A stretch of 64,000 nt of DNA from an uncultured Chitinophagales bacterium (lineage in GTDB: Bacteria > Bacteroidota > Rhodothermia > Balneolales > HLUCCA01), in NCBI GenBank assembly GCA_964509715.1, contig CAZDYD010000001.1:99-64098 (forward strand), given 5' to 3'. The first letter of the stretch is position 1, and each line of letters starts with the position of its first letter. Of this stretch, positions 30,374 through 38,866 are shown one piece after another. The position numbers and the translations under genes were made by a program. The notes beneath the pieces are model-generated. The model searched no databases, was not told where the DNA came from, and saw nothing but the letters and a program-made list of their open reading frames with translations.

Positions 30374-31165
30374 TTAAAAATCTTTCCTTTTAAAGACGCT
30401 TAGTCCAGTCCACATCGGGACTATCAACCAAAGGGCAAGCATCGAGGCAGCCGTCAACAAACCAAACCCACTTCCAAAGAATCGGTTGAAAACAGCACCT
30501 GTGTAACCCATAAGAGCCGAGATATCAAACTCAAGCATTACCATTATTCGAGCCAAATCAATTGGATTTAGCATAGAAACAACAATCACAAATTTATCAA
30601 GTGGATAATCACCAAAGGTGAAGATCAATAGCAAGATCAATCCATCATAGAGAATGGCCAGAAACAACCATATAACAATCGTGAATCCGAAGCCTTTGAT
30701 CCTATCGTCATAGAAAGCCAGACCCAACACAAATCCGAGTGATACAAAAATCAAGGTCAGAACAGCGCCGAGTCCAAGTACCAATAATGTTGAAGCTACT
30801 TCATTGTTAAGAATTCCATTCCAACCCAATGGCAGTGCTGCTCCTAATACAAATGCAGACATCAATGGTATTGAAATACCAAGATATAGCCCCCAATACA
30901 AGGTTTTCCGGTCCACTGGTTGCGTTAATAACATCTCAACAAACTCGCGTGATTGGTATATGTATAAAATGCCATATATCATTCCTACCAATGGTATGAA
31001 TAGCAACATGACATTCGACAAGCTTAAAAGTGTTTCGGGTCCGCCACCACCAAATCGTAACAACACATCCGTCAGCACCAGAAATATGAGTCCATAGCCA
31101 AGTACCCACTTCCCCCGTAACAAACTTGTTAATTCACTTTTAACAATGTGAGCAAGTTTATTCAT
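30374..31165 (-). CDS. nosY: ABC-2 type permease NosY
   Basis: It is a 263-aa six-TM permease. It overlaps nosF by 4 nt and ends the nosDFY unit. Confidence 0.85.
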   Translation of the reverse strand: MNKLAHIVKSELTSLLRGKWVLGYGLIFLVLTDVLLRFGGGGPETLLSLSNVMLLFIPLVGMIYGILYIYQSREFVEMLLTQPVDRKTLYWGLYLGISIPLMSAFVLGAALPLGWNGILNNEVASTLLVLGLGAVLTLIFVSLGFVLGLAFYDDRIKGFGFTIVIWLFLAILYDGLILLLIFTFGDYPLDKFVIVVSMLNPIDLARIMVMLEFDISALMGYTGAVFNRFFGSGFGLLTAASMLALWLIVPMWTGLSVFKRKDF

Positions 31166-31881
31166 GACGCTACCTCCACAGAGTCATCCATTAATCTGGC
31201 AATAGCACTTTCCAGCCTGGATTCATTACTTTGTTTTAAAAGATCATCCATACGACCATAGAACCTTACATTTCCCTCCAAAATAAAAATTACATGGTCT
31301 ACCAGCTGTTCGAGTTCACTCATGATATGCGATGTAATAATGATGGTTTTACCACTATCTTTTTCTGATTGAACCCTTTGCTTGAAACGATGACTGGCGC
31401 GTGGATCCAGTCCGGCAGTGGGTTCATCAAAAAACAAAATTTTGGGATCAAACATCATTGCAAGTGTAGCTCCTACCTTCTGACGATTGCCCCCGGAAAG
31501 ATTTCTAAGCATCTTGTTCAATTCAGATCCCAGGTTGAACTGCTCGATCAGTTCTTTCTCATTGACTGCTTCCTGATCGCGTAGTCCTTTAATGAAGGTG
31601 AGCAGTTCATGGACTTTCATATTCTCCGGGTATCTTGCAACCTGTGGCATATACCCTATGTCACGCCGATACTCCCAGTTTCCATTCAATTCTGTACCAT
31701 TGATTTTAATCTGGCCAGAGTCTGCTTTGGTCAGGCCGAGCATGGATTTAATTAGCGTCGTTTTGCCGGCTCCGTTTGGTCCTACCAAACCGGTAGCCTG
31801 TCCCTCGGGAATGTCAAGGTTAATTCCCTTGAGCACACTTAACGGACCAAATGATTTTTTAAGATGTTGGATGTGGATCAT
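31162..31881 (-). CDS. nosF: ABC transporter ATP-binding protein NosF
   Basis: It has Walker A 'GPNGAGKTT', the signature 'LSGGNRQK', and Walker B 'ILFFDEP'. It overlaps nosD by 4 nt. Confidence 0.88.
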   Translation of the reverse strand: MIHIQHLKKSFGPLSVLKGINLDIPEGQATGLVGPNGAGKTTLIKSMLGLTKADSGQIKINGTELNGNWEYRRDIGYMPQVARYPENMKVHELLTFIKGLRDQEAVNEKELIEQFNLGSELNKMLRNLSGGNRQKVGATLAMMFDPKILFFDEPTAGLDPRASHRFKQRVQSEKDSGKTIIITSHIMSELEQLVDHVIFILEGNVRFYGRMDDLLKQSNESRLESAIARLMDDSVEVAS

Positions 31882-33164
31882 TTTATACGCTCCATGCTTG
31901 GTTTTTCATCAAATAGTGTTTTTGGGGTAAGTACGGGCATAATTCTCTCTGCCGTATCTAACAATCGAATGAACATGCTTCTTAAAAGAATTAATGATTC
32001 AGGTTGTTTTTCGATGATCACAGAAAAAAGACTTACAGGTCGATAAGGAATATCACCTACACCATCTCGATCCAGGTCGTACCCATCATAATTGCTCCAA
32101 TAATTACCTTCGAAGAGGTTGTGGTTTCGTGGGGAGTCCGTTCGAACATCCAGGCTGTTTTCAATAAAGTTGTTTCTGGTGAACCTGTTATTGAAACTAT
32201 TTGATTTGATGTTCACGGCCCATCCATTCAATTCAATATGATTTTGTGTAATCTCTACGTTTGTTGATGCTTCTGAGTAGATCGCAACTGTATTCTTATA
32301 AAATCGATTACCAGAAATTGTGCTGTTCCTGATATCCTTGAGTAACAGACCATATGCAGATCCGCCCCAATTATGTTCAAAGACATTGTTCTTCATTTCA
32401 ACACCTTCAGAATACATAACTGCAACTCCAGCACCATTTCTGTTGAATGTGTTGTTGTAGTAACTGCCTCCATTTGAGAACATATAGTGTAAACCATATC
32501 TGTTATTGTTGTTACTGATATTCCCATGGATTACAGCGTTCTCAGCAAACTCGAGGTAAATACCGTCTCGCATACCATAAACTTCGTTCTCGATGATCTG
32601 CGGATCTTTCACACTCCACAAGTGGATTCCATTTCCAGAACTAGCTTCACGTAAATCGTAGGACTCTATCCTATTCCCACGAATAATCCCCCCCTGTGTT
32701 TGAGCCAGATATATTCCAAAGAACACATCGTCTATGACATTGTTTTCGATAGTGAAATCCTTTGATCTTTCAATCATAATGGCGGCGAAATCCCGCACAT
32801 AGCTTTGTCCCGTATTCTTGATCTCAAATCCATTTACAGTAACATTATCTGCCCTGATAATGAAAATATATCCCTTTCGTTCACCATCAATCACAGGCAA
32901 GCCTTCCCCAATCAAAGTGATCGGTTTATCAATGATGATCTCGCCTTCGGAATAGATGCCAGCTTCAACTACAATAGTTGTACCTGAAGGTGCTGATTCA
33001 ATGGCCTTATTGATCGACGTAAAGGATTGATTAGCACCGACGCGGATAATTACATCATCCTTATCAGATTCTTGTGATAAGTTCTTTGATATTGCATACA
33101 ATTGTGGGTGTATGCAAATCCCAAGCACAAGCTGCATCACGATAAAGAGTAGTAATTGCTTCAT
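31878..33164 (-). CDS. nosD: periplasmic parallel beta-helix copper-binding protein NosD
   Basis: It has a signal peptide and repeated beta-helix turns with N-x-I/V motifs (NNVIDD, GNRIES, ENEVYG, GNISNN). Its position between nosL and nosF supports the call. Confidence 0.88.
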   Translation of the reverse strand: MKQLLLFIVMQLVLGICIHPQLYAISKNLSQESDKDDVIIRVGANQSFTSINKAIESAPSGTTIVVEAGIYSEGEIIIDKPITLIGEGLPVIDGERKGYIFIIRADNVTVNGFEIKNTGQSYVRDFAAIMIERSKDFTIENNVIDDVFFGIYLAQTQGGIIRGNRIESYDLREASSGNGIHLWSVKDPQIIENEVYGMRDGIYLEFAENAVIHGNISNNNNRYGLHYMFSNGGSYYNNTFNRNGAGVAVMYSEGVEMKNNVFEHNWGGSAYGLLLKDIRNSTISGNRFYKNTVAIYSEASTNVEITQNHIELNGWAVNIKSNSFNNRFTRNNFIENSLDVRTDSPRNHNLFEGNYWSNYDGYDLDRDGVGDIPYRPVSLFSVIIEKQPESLILLRSMFIRLLDTAERIMPVLTPKTLFDEKPSMERIK

Positions 33165-33243
33165 GGTTTCAACATTTCAGTTCTTACAATTCGCTCATTT
33201 CGCATTCTCATATGCCAATGCAAATTGATGTTCAAATCTACAT

Positions 33244-33711
33244 TTATTCAACTGTGGCCGGTTTTTTATCAAACCAACTTTTCTCAACCAACGATAACAC
33301 CTCACTATAGGTGAGTATTTGTCCACCGTATTCATGCTGCATTTGGAGTGCGTCCTCTTTATTCTGGTAAGAGGATATAAATAGCCCCATTGGGCTTCTC
33401 AAGGTTTCACTATGCAGATATATCGCCAATTCGGCATCAATCCAGATATCTCTGTTAATAAAGTCGGGCACCCACATTGAGTGAATATTTGACCTTTCTT
33501 CTGAGGTCAGATCAAACGCAGCCAGACACTCAATTGAATCAAATTTGTAGGACTTGGATTGATGATTTAGTAGTTGTGATGCATATTCTGCTTCTGTGAT
33601 TAGCATGCGGCAGTGTTCGCATTGATCACTTCCAAAATGTATAGGTTGAGGACTTGGCGTGCATGCGAAAGCTATCATGGCAATGAACGCTATTAAAATT
33701 ACATTTTTCAT
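33244..33711 (-). CDS. nosL: copper chaperone lipoprotein NosL
   Basis: It has the lipobox 'AFAC' and the NosL metal motif 'CEHCRM' (CxxCxM). Confidence 0.85.
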   Translation of the reverse strand: MKNVILIAFIAMIAFACTPSPQPIHFGSDQCEHCRMLITEAEYASQLLNHQSKSYKFDSIECLAAFDLTSEERSNIHSMWVPDFINRDIWIDAELAIYLHSETLRSPMGLFISSYQNKEDALQMQHEYGGQILTYSEVLSLVEKSWFDKKPATVE

Positions 33712-33719
33712 ACCTTCTC

Positions 33720-34271
33720 CTATTCAGCTCGATTTTTTCTAAGTGAAGAATTCGCTTTGTGTGATTCAAGGTCCATCTCGTTTTGAACAATTTTTAGAAC
33801 CTCATCCCACGTCACGTATTCACCCGGATATGCATCTGATATATACTCAAGCATTTTGAGATTGGATGATTCAACAGCGGTTAAAAAAAGTCCATTGGGA
33901 CTCGGACGAAGCGGACTCCTCAGATACAACAGCTGATCGACTGGAAGTAGCTGAACACCATGGGCAAAATCAGTTATTTTAATTTGAGCGATTTCATCTT
34001 TTTTATCATAGTTGATATAAAAGGCAGCGGTACACTCAGTCGACATAAAATCAAACGTTGTCCCATTTTTCAGCTCGATTCGGCCACCATATCGGGTAGT
34101 CTTGATTGTTTCGCCGGTATAAGCACAAATTGCATTTCCGTAGTCGATTTTATCCACGTTCATATTGATTTTCACAGAACGCAAATCTTCGGTTTGCATT
34201 TTTGAATCGGTGCAGGACACCCATCCAAGTGCTGATACAAACAACACTATAAGTATATATTTGGATCTCAT
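33720..34271 (-). CDS. NosL-like lipoprotein paralog lacking the CxxCxM motif
   Basis: It has the lipobox 'WVSC' and is colinear with the adjacent NosL ('FDFMSTECTAAF' versus 'YKFDSIECLAAF'). 'CAYTGE' replaces 'CEHCRM'. Confidence 0.7.
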   Translation of the reverse strand: MRSKYILIVLFVSALGWVSCTDSKMQTEDLRSVKINMNVDKIDYGNAICAYTGETIKTTRYGGRIELKNGTTFDFMSTECTAAFYINYDKKDEIAQIKITDFAHGVQLLPVDQLLYLRSPLRPSPNGLFLTAVESSNLKMLEYISDAYPGEYVTWDEVLKIVQNEMDLESHKANSSLRKNRAE

Positions 34272-34392
34272 AGATCTTAGGGTTAAACGACAGTATGTAT
34301 TGGTATTCCATAAAACAATTGGAGCGGATATGAATCCGCAGGATGTTAACCATCCACAAACATGCGACCATATTTACAGGCCGCGTTATGAC

Positions 34393-34971
34393 TCATTTCG
34401 GGCCGATAAACTTTTCTTTTATCACCACCCAAACTCCAAAAAACATCGATAGGCCAATAAAAATCGATCCGGTATGTGGAATCGAACATGCCCGAATATT
34501 TAGTAGCTGCTTGCAACCAAGTAAAGGAGGTTGGTAACTCATCCCGGGTACTTTTATTGGTGCATCTGGACTGAGATTATGACCATAATCATATCCCCAC
34601 ATATAAAAATCAGCAAATCCCACAACTGCCAGCAAGATCATAGATACAACCCAAAGCATACTTAATTTTAAACTACCTGTTGTAGCAGCAAGTAAACCAA
34701 GAGCGATCAGGACTCCGAATACCCAGGGCATTATCTTGAATTCTTTAAAATCTTCCTTGTGAATCTCACCCATTCCAATGTAATGGTTCAAGGTATTAAT
34801 GCTTTTTAAGTCGTGTCGTTTGTGTCCCGTTACATCATTAATATGAATATACATTCCAATACCCTCTGGATATTGGGGAGCACTCATTTTAATGGACCAG
34901 AACGGCATGAAATACAGCGGTATCAATAATAGTGCTGCAAGTGCCATGTATACTTTTGAGCTGATTTTCAT
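34393..34971 (-). CDS. integral membrane protein of the clade-II nos cluster (NosB-position protein)
   Basis: It has about 4 TM segments and lies immediately downstream of nosZ. I took ATG 34971 (MKISSKV) as the start. Confidence 0.6.
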   Translation of the reverse strand: MKISSKVYMALAALLLIPLYFMPFWSIKMSAPQYPEGIGMYIHINDVTGHKRHDLKSINTLNHYIGMGEIHKEDFKEFKIMPWVFGVLIALGLLAATTGSLKLSMLWVVSMILLAVVGFADFYMWGYDYGHNLSPDAPIKVPGMSYQPPLLGCKQLLNIRACSIPHTGSIFIGLSMFFGVWVVIKEKFIGPK

Positions 34972-35104
34972 AATGATATCCTTAACCTGGTTGAAGCCGG
35001 ATCCGATAACACACCGGATCCGATACTTCGTCATTGTCTATATATGTCTTTGACTCAATCAATTAACTCAATTGATGTTCAGCCATAAATGAAATATTGA
35101 ACCA

Positions 35105-37081
35105 TTAATTAATACCTGTTTTCCAGCTCAGAGGCACATTTGAGTTAGCTGCCGATACACGGATGTATCCCTGCATCTCCTGATGGAGGGCTGAACAGAA
35201 AGCTGTACAATAGAATGGATAGATACCGGTACGTGTCGGAGTCCATTTCAGAGTCTTTGTTTGTCCCGGAGCAACCAAGATCTCGGAATTAGGAGCACCT
35301 TTTATTGCAATACCGTGTACCACATCCCATTCTTGTTCCATATTTGTTAGATGGATATATACGGTATCACCTACCTTAATGCCCTCAATGTTGTCGGGAC
35401 GGAAATGGGATCTTGTTGCACCCATGTAAACCCGAACTACATTACCTTGTCTTTCAACCCGGTTTTCAGTGATTCTTTGAAGTGCATATGGGTGGTCATT
35501 ATCCTCCATTTCATAGATCTGCTTCACATTCGGTTTGATCTTATCGGCATGGATAGCTTGTGCGTAGTGCGGTTCTCCGATTGTCGGGAAATCAAGCAAT
35601 AACTGCATTCTATCACCAGATATATCATATAGCTGTGCAGGGTGATTTTGCTTAGGTCCGGTTGGCAAATAACGATCTTTAGCAGTTTTGGTAAGTCCAA
35701 CCATATACCGTGCCTCAGGGTTCCTGTTATCACCAGCAGTAATCAGCAGGTGTCCAATGGAATAGTATGAGTCGATTCGATCGACTACTTCAAATGTCTC
35801 GAGCGACCATTTAACGATTTCTGAAGAAATGTAAACAGAAGTATATGCAAATCCTTTACCATCAAACTCGGTATGCAATGGACCCAGTCCCGGATTTTCT
35901 ACTTCACCAATGATCGTGCTGTCATATTTTAGGACAGGAATACCATCTATAAACTCCTCAAACTCTTCGTTTTCGATAGCTTTTATCATACGTGAGAATG
36001 AGTGAACTGGTATGACGGTAGCTAATTTACCACCAGCGACCAGTAGTTCACCTGAAGGATCGATATCTACTCCGTGTGGCGATTTTGGAGTTGGTAGATA
36101 GTAGATAAAATTATCTACTTCTCGCGTATCAAGAACTGTAACTTGATTGTTAACTTTTGAAACAGCAAATCCTTGTTTGCCTTCATAGTAATTATGATAA
36201 TACTCAGCACTCATAGTTTTACCACGACCCTGACGAACAAGTTCAGCTGCTTTTTTCCAGTTTACAGCTGCTACGAAATCTTTGTCGTTTCTTGAGGCAT
36301 TCACTTCAAGCATGGTATGTGCTTCTTCGGTGTTATAGGTAGTAAAGAACACCCAATCAGCTGAAACACCCTTGCCGGCACGACCAAGATCGTAGTTATA
36401 CGGAGGAACAACGACTTGGAAGTCTATTTCCATTCTACCCGATGTCGGGTCAACTTTGATAAATGTCAGAGCGCCTCTGAAACTATCAGAGTAAGTACTT
36501 ATTGGAACATCCAAATCCTTCTCATAAGGAATACTGAAACGAGTAGCACCAATAATATACTCTGTATTTGATGTCACAAATGAAGAAGCATGGTTACCAC
36601 CTGTGTTAGGTAGTTCCAGAATTTCTTTTGTCTCAAAAGTTGTAAGTTCAATACGTGCAACCCGTGGTGTGTTGTTTGCATTGATAAAAATCCATCTACC
36701 ATCTGAGTTTCCGTTCGTCTGAGAGATATGCGGATGGTGAGAATCGTCCCAAGGCACAAATCCATAGCTTGTGTTAAACAATGGTTTTGTCTCTTCAGAA
36801 TAACCGTATCCAGTTTCTGGATCCTGTGAGAAGACTGGGATTACTTTCAGCATTCTGGCCGATGGGAGACCCCATACACTTAATTGACCACTGTATCCAC
36901 CGGAAAAAAACGCATAATATTCATCATGCTCACCGGGTGCGACATAGACTTTTTGTGCGGCATCTGAAGTGTCGAGCATGCGTTGGTTTCCGGGACATCC
37001 TGTGAGTAGAAATGCCGAAACAATAACGATGCCGGCACTTGTCAGTAATCCGCGCATTTTATTGAATTTTGAAGTTTTCAT
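35105..37081 (-). CDS. nosZ: Sec-dependent (clade II) nitrous-oxide reductase NosZ
   Basis: It has the CuZ His motif 'DDSHHPH' and beta-propeller blocks 'HGVDIDPSGE' and 'EPHYAQ'. It has the CuA motif 'CTAFCSALHQEM'. The N-terminus, MKTSKFNKMRGLLTSAGIVIVSAFLLTGC, lacks a twin-arginine. Confidence 0.95.
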   Translation of the reverse strand: MKTSKFNKMRGLLTSAGIVIVSAFLLTGCPGNQRMLDTSDAAQKVYVAPGEHDEYYAFFSGGYSGQLSVWGLPSARMLKVIPVFSQDPETGYGYSEETKPLFNTSYGFVPWDDSHHPHISQTNGNSDGRWIFINANNTPRVARIELTTFETKEILELPNTGGNHASSFVTSNTEYIIGATRFSIPYEKDLDVPISTYSDSFRGALTFIKVDPTSGRMEIDFQVVVPPYNYDLGRAGKGVSADWVFFTTYNTEEAHTMLEVNASRNDKDFVAAVNWKKAAELVRQGRGKTMSAEYYHNYYEGKQGFAVSKVNNQVTVLDTREVDNFIYYLPTPKSPHGVDIDPSGELLVAGGKLATVIPVHSFSRMIKAIENEEFEEFIDGIPVLKYDSTIIGEVENPGLGPLHTEFDGKGFAYTSVYISSEIVKWSLETFEVVDRIDSYYSIGHLLITAGDNRNPEARYMVGLTKTAKDRYLPTGPKQNHPAQLYDISGDRMQLLLDFPTIGEPHYAQAIHADKIKPNVKQIYEMEDNDHPYALQRITENRVERQGNVVRVYMGATRSHFRPDNIEGIKVGDTVYIHLTNMEQEWDVVHGIAIKGAPNSEILVAPGQTKTLKWTPTRTGIYPFYCTAFCSALHQEMQGYIRVSAANSNVPLSWKTGIN

Positions 37082-37245
37082 AGGTTTTTGTTTTGATTTT
37101 GGGGGATGAATCGGGTTGTTGTTTGGCTTCGATTCAATCGTTTTCCGTGTCCGTTTTGGAACCACGAGTTTGGTTTGTTTATGCGATTCAGCGTTCGTAC
37201 TAGGTCATATTATGAGATGTACTTCTGTTCGAACTACTCTAAATG

Positions 37246-37722
37246 TCATGAATCGGATGACTGCGTTCTTAAATACTCTACAATGGCACGAGCTTGATCA
37301 CGTTGAACATTTTGAAATGGCATAATGGTCATGTATTCTCGCAATAATCGTTGTCCTTCAGGATGTTTATTGGTCATTTCCTGTGGATTCAGAATCATAT
37401 TCATCACAAATGCAGCTGATCGACGCTCCATGATATCGCCAAGCGGGGGTCCGACAATTCTGTTATTCATTGTATGACACATTTCACACTTCATTTCGAA
37501 GATCTGACGTCCCTCCTCTACCCATTCCATATTCAACTCACCCAAGTCTACAACCGAGGTCACAGGACCGATCCCATGTTCAAGTTGAAATTCCGTTAAT
37601 TGGGGTTCTGAAGCTCGGTTATTCTGGTTGGCAGTTGATGAGTTGTTTTGTGTTTCGCCCCCACAAGCTGTTGTCATTATGAGCAGAGTAAGCACCAATA
37701 CCGTTTTATAAATAATTTTCAT
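37246..37722 (-). CDS. mono-heme c-type cytochrome (nos-associated electron donor)
   Basis: It has a signal/lipobox-like 'IMTTAC', the heme motif 'CEMCH', and a distal 'MTIMPFQ' Met. It lies directly upstream of nosZ. Confidence 0.85.
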   Translation of the reverse strand: MKIIYKTVLVLTLLIMTTACGGETQNNSSTANQNNRASEPQLTEFQLEHGIGPVTSVVDLGELNMEWVEEGRQIFEMKCEMCHTMNNRIVGPPLGDIMERRSAAFVMNMILNPQEMTNKHPEGQRLLREYMTIMPFQNVQRDQARAIVEYLRTQSSDS

Positions 37723-37752
37723 TTTGATCAGGTTTGTTTTGATTATGGTATA

Positions 37753-37774
37753 AAGAGTATTTTATCCTAAATAT
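37753..37774. promoter_or_regulatory. operator-like motif upstream of the cytochrome c-nosZ operon
   Basis: AAGAGTATTTTATCCTAAATAT shares about 18 of 22 positions with the motif at 38283-38304. Confidence 0.55.
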
Positions 37775-37809
37775 GTACGTCAAAAAATTGACTTTGGTCA
37801 AGGCTGCAA

Positions 37810-38259
37810 TTAAAGGTCGATTGATCGGAGTTCAGGAATGGCGTCGGCCAAACGTAATCCACGATCTGCTGCAAGATCGGCCAGAGAGACACCTTCCATT
37901 AGATTCTGAAGATTAAACCTTAACTGGGTCCAGCTTTCATGCATCGGGCAAGGTTTTTCTGATCCACATCCGGGCAATCCCAAAATACACTCCTTTAACA
38001 GGTATTCTCCATCAATTGATACGACGATATCACGAAAACTTATGTCGGCCGGTCTTCTGGACAACCGAACTCCACCATTTGGACCCTTATAGGATTCAAG
38101 AATTTCCGAATACGTTAATTGTTGAAGTACTTTGGTCAAAAAATAAAATGATACGTTCAGTTCAGAGCTGATCTTCTGTATCGTGATAAACTCTTCAACA
38201 TCTTTCTGTGCAAGAAGGATGGAAGCGCGGAGTCCATAGATACAGGATTTCGAAAGCAT
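37810..38259 (-). CDS. Rrf2-family transcriptional regulator with an Fe-S ligand set
   Basis: It has an Rrf2 winged-helix N-terminus ('YGLRASILLA..ISSELNVSFYFLTKVLQQL'). It also has Cys91, Cys98, Cys104 and His107 ('CILGLPGCGSEKPCPMH'). Confidence 0.88.
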   Translation of the reverse strand: MLSKSCIYGLRASILLAQKDVEEFITIQKISSELNVSFYFLTKVLQQLTYSEILESYKGPNGGVRLSRRPADISFRDIVVSIDGEYLLKECILGLPGCGSEKPCPMHESWTQLRFNLQNLMEGVSLADLAADRGLRLADAIPELRSIDL

Positions 38260-38274
38260 GGATATAAATCAAGT

Positions 38275-38306
38275 GTATATTTAAGAGTATTATGTCTTAA
38301 ATATAC
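38275..38306. promoter_or_regulatory. perfect 11-10-11 palindrome upstream of the Rrf2 gene (candidate autoregulatory operator)
   Basis: GTATATTTAAG-agtattatgt-CTTAAATATAC begins 16 nt upstream of the Rrf2 start codon. Confidence 0.6.
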
Positions 38307-38397
38307 ATCCGTCGAACATCAATGTCAATAAAAATCAGACCTAATAGTCCGAAATATTATAAGGAATATATAATCAATACGTTAGATAGAGAATTTA

Positions 38398-38748
38398 TCA
38401 GAATGGCAGATCGTCATCTTCAAATTGAGGTGGCGCAGGCATATCCTCAATAGATGGCATGTCTGTAGATGAGTTTCCGGAACCTTTTTCTATTTTCCAA
38501 GCTTTAACATCGGTGTACCATTTCCCATTGTATTCACGGCTTTGAACATCAATGGAAGCAGTGATATTATCTCCAACCTTTAGTCCAGCACTATCTATTT
38601 CATCACCCCACTGAACAATGCATATTTTTTTTGGGTATTGGTCCTGAGTCTCAAGAATAAATTCTCTTTTCCTCCAGGTCCCGTTTCGACCTTGTCCCGT
38701 TTGTTCCTGTAACAATTCTATTACATTGCCAGATATTTTAAGTTCCAT
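38398..38748 (-). CDS. DUF3127 (OB-fold-like) protein with an SSB-type acidic C-terminal tip
   Basis: 'WRKREFILETQDQYPKKICIVQWGD..REYNGKWYTDVKAWKIE' is typical of DUF3127. The C-terminus reads '..PPQFEDDDLPF'. I took ATG 38748 as the start. Confidence 0.75.
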   Translation of the reverse strand: MELKISGNVIELLQEQTGQGRNGTWRKREFILETQDQYPKKICIVQWGDEIDSAGLKVGDNITASIDVQSREYNGKWYTDVKAWKIEKGSGNSSTDMPSIEDMPAPPQFEDDDLPF

Positions 38749-38866
38749 AATCAGTAAGTTGAGAGGGGATGAAATCACCCCAATTAATAAAATGTCCTAT
38801 GTGATTCTTTAGAATGCAAACCATTTGAATGATTCTGCAAAAGATAGGGATTCAACTTGCAAATTG

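Noticed and set aside
34272-34392. Small hairpin gcggat-atga-atccgc (about 34323-34338) between the nosZ-adjacent membrane gene and nosL-like, considered as an internal terminator; also the ORFs 34150-34371 and 34165-34452
   Set aside because: The stem is only 6 bp and the downstream T-tract is poor. The ORFs overlap real genes and lack motifs. The support is not strong enough to call a feature.
37082-37165. Basic 28-aa N-terminal extension of NosZ (MVPKRTRKTIESKPNN..), also checked for a Tat motif
   Set aside because: The extension precedes a complete signal peptide that begins at M29. No S/T-R-R-x-F-L-K-type twin-arginine motif is present with either start. I prefer the 37081 start.
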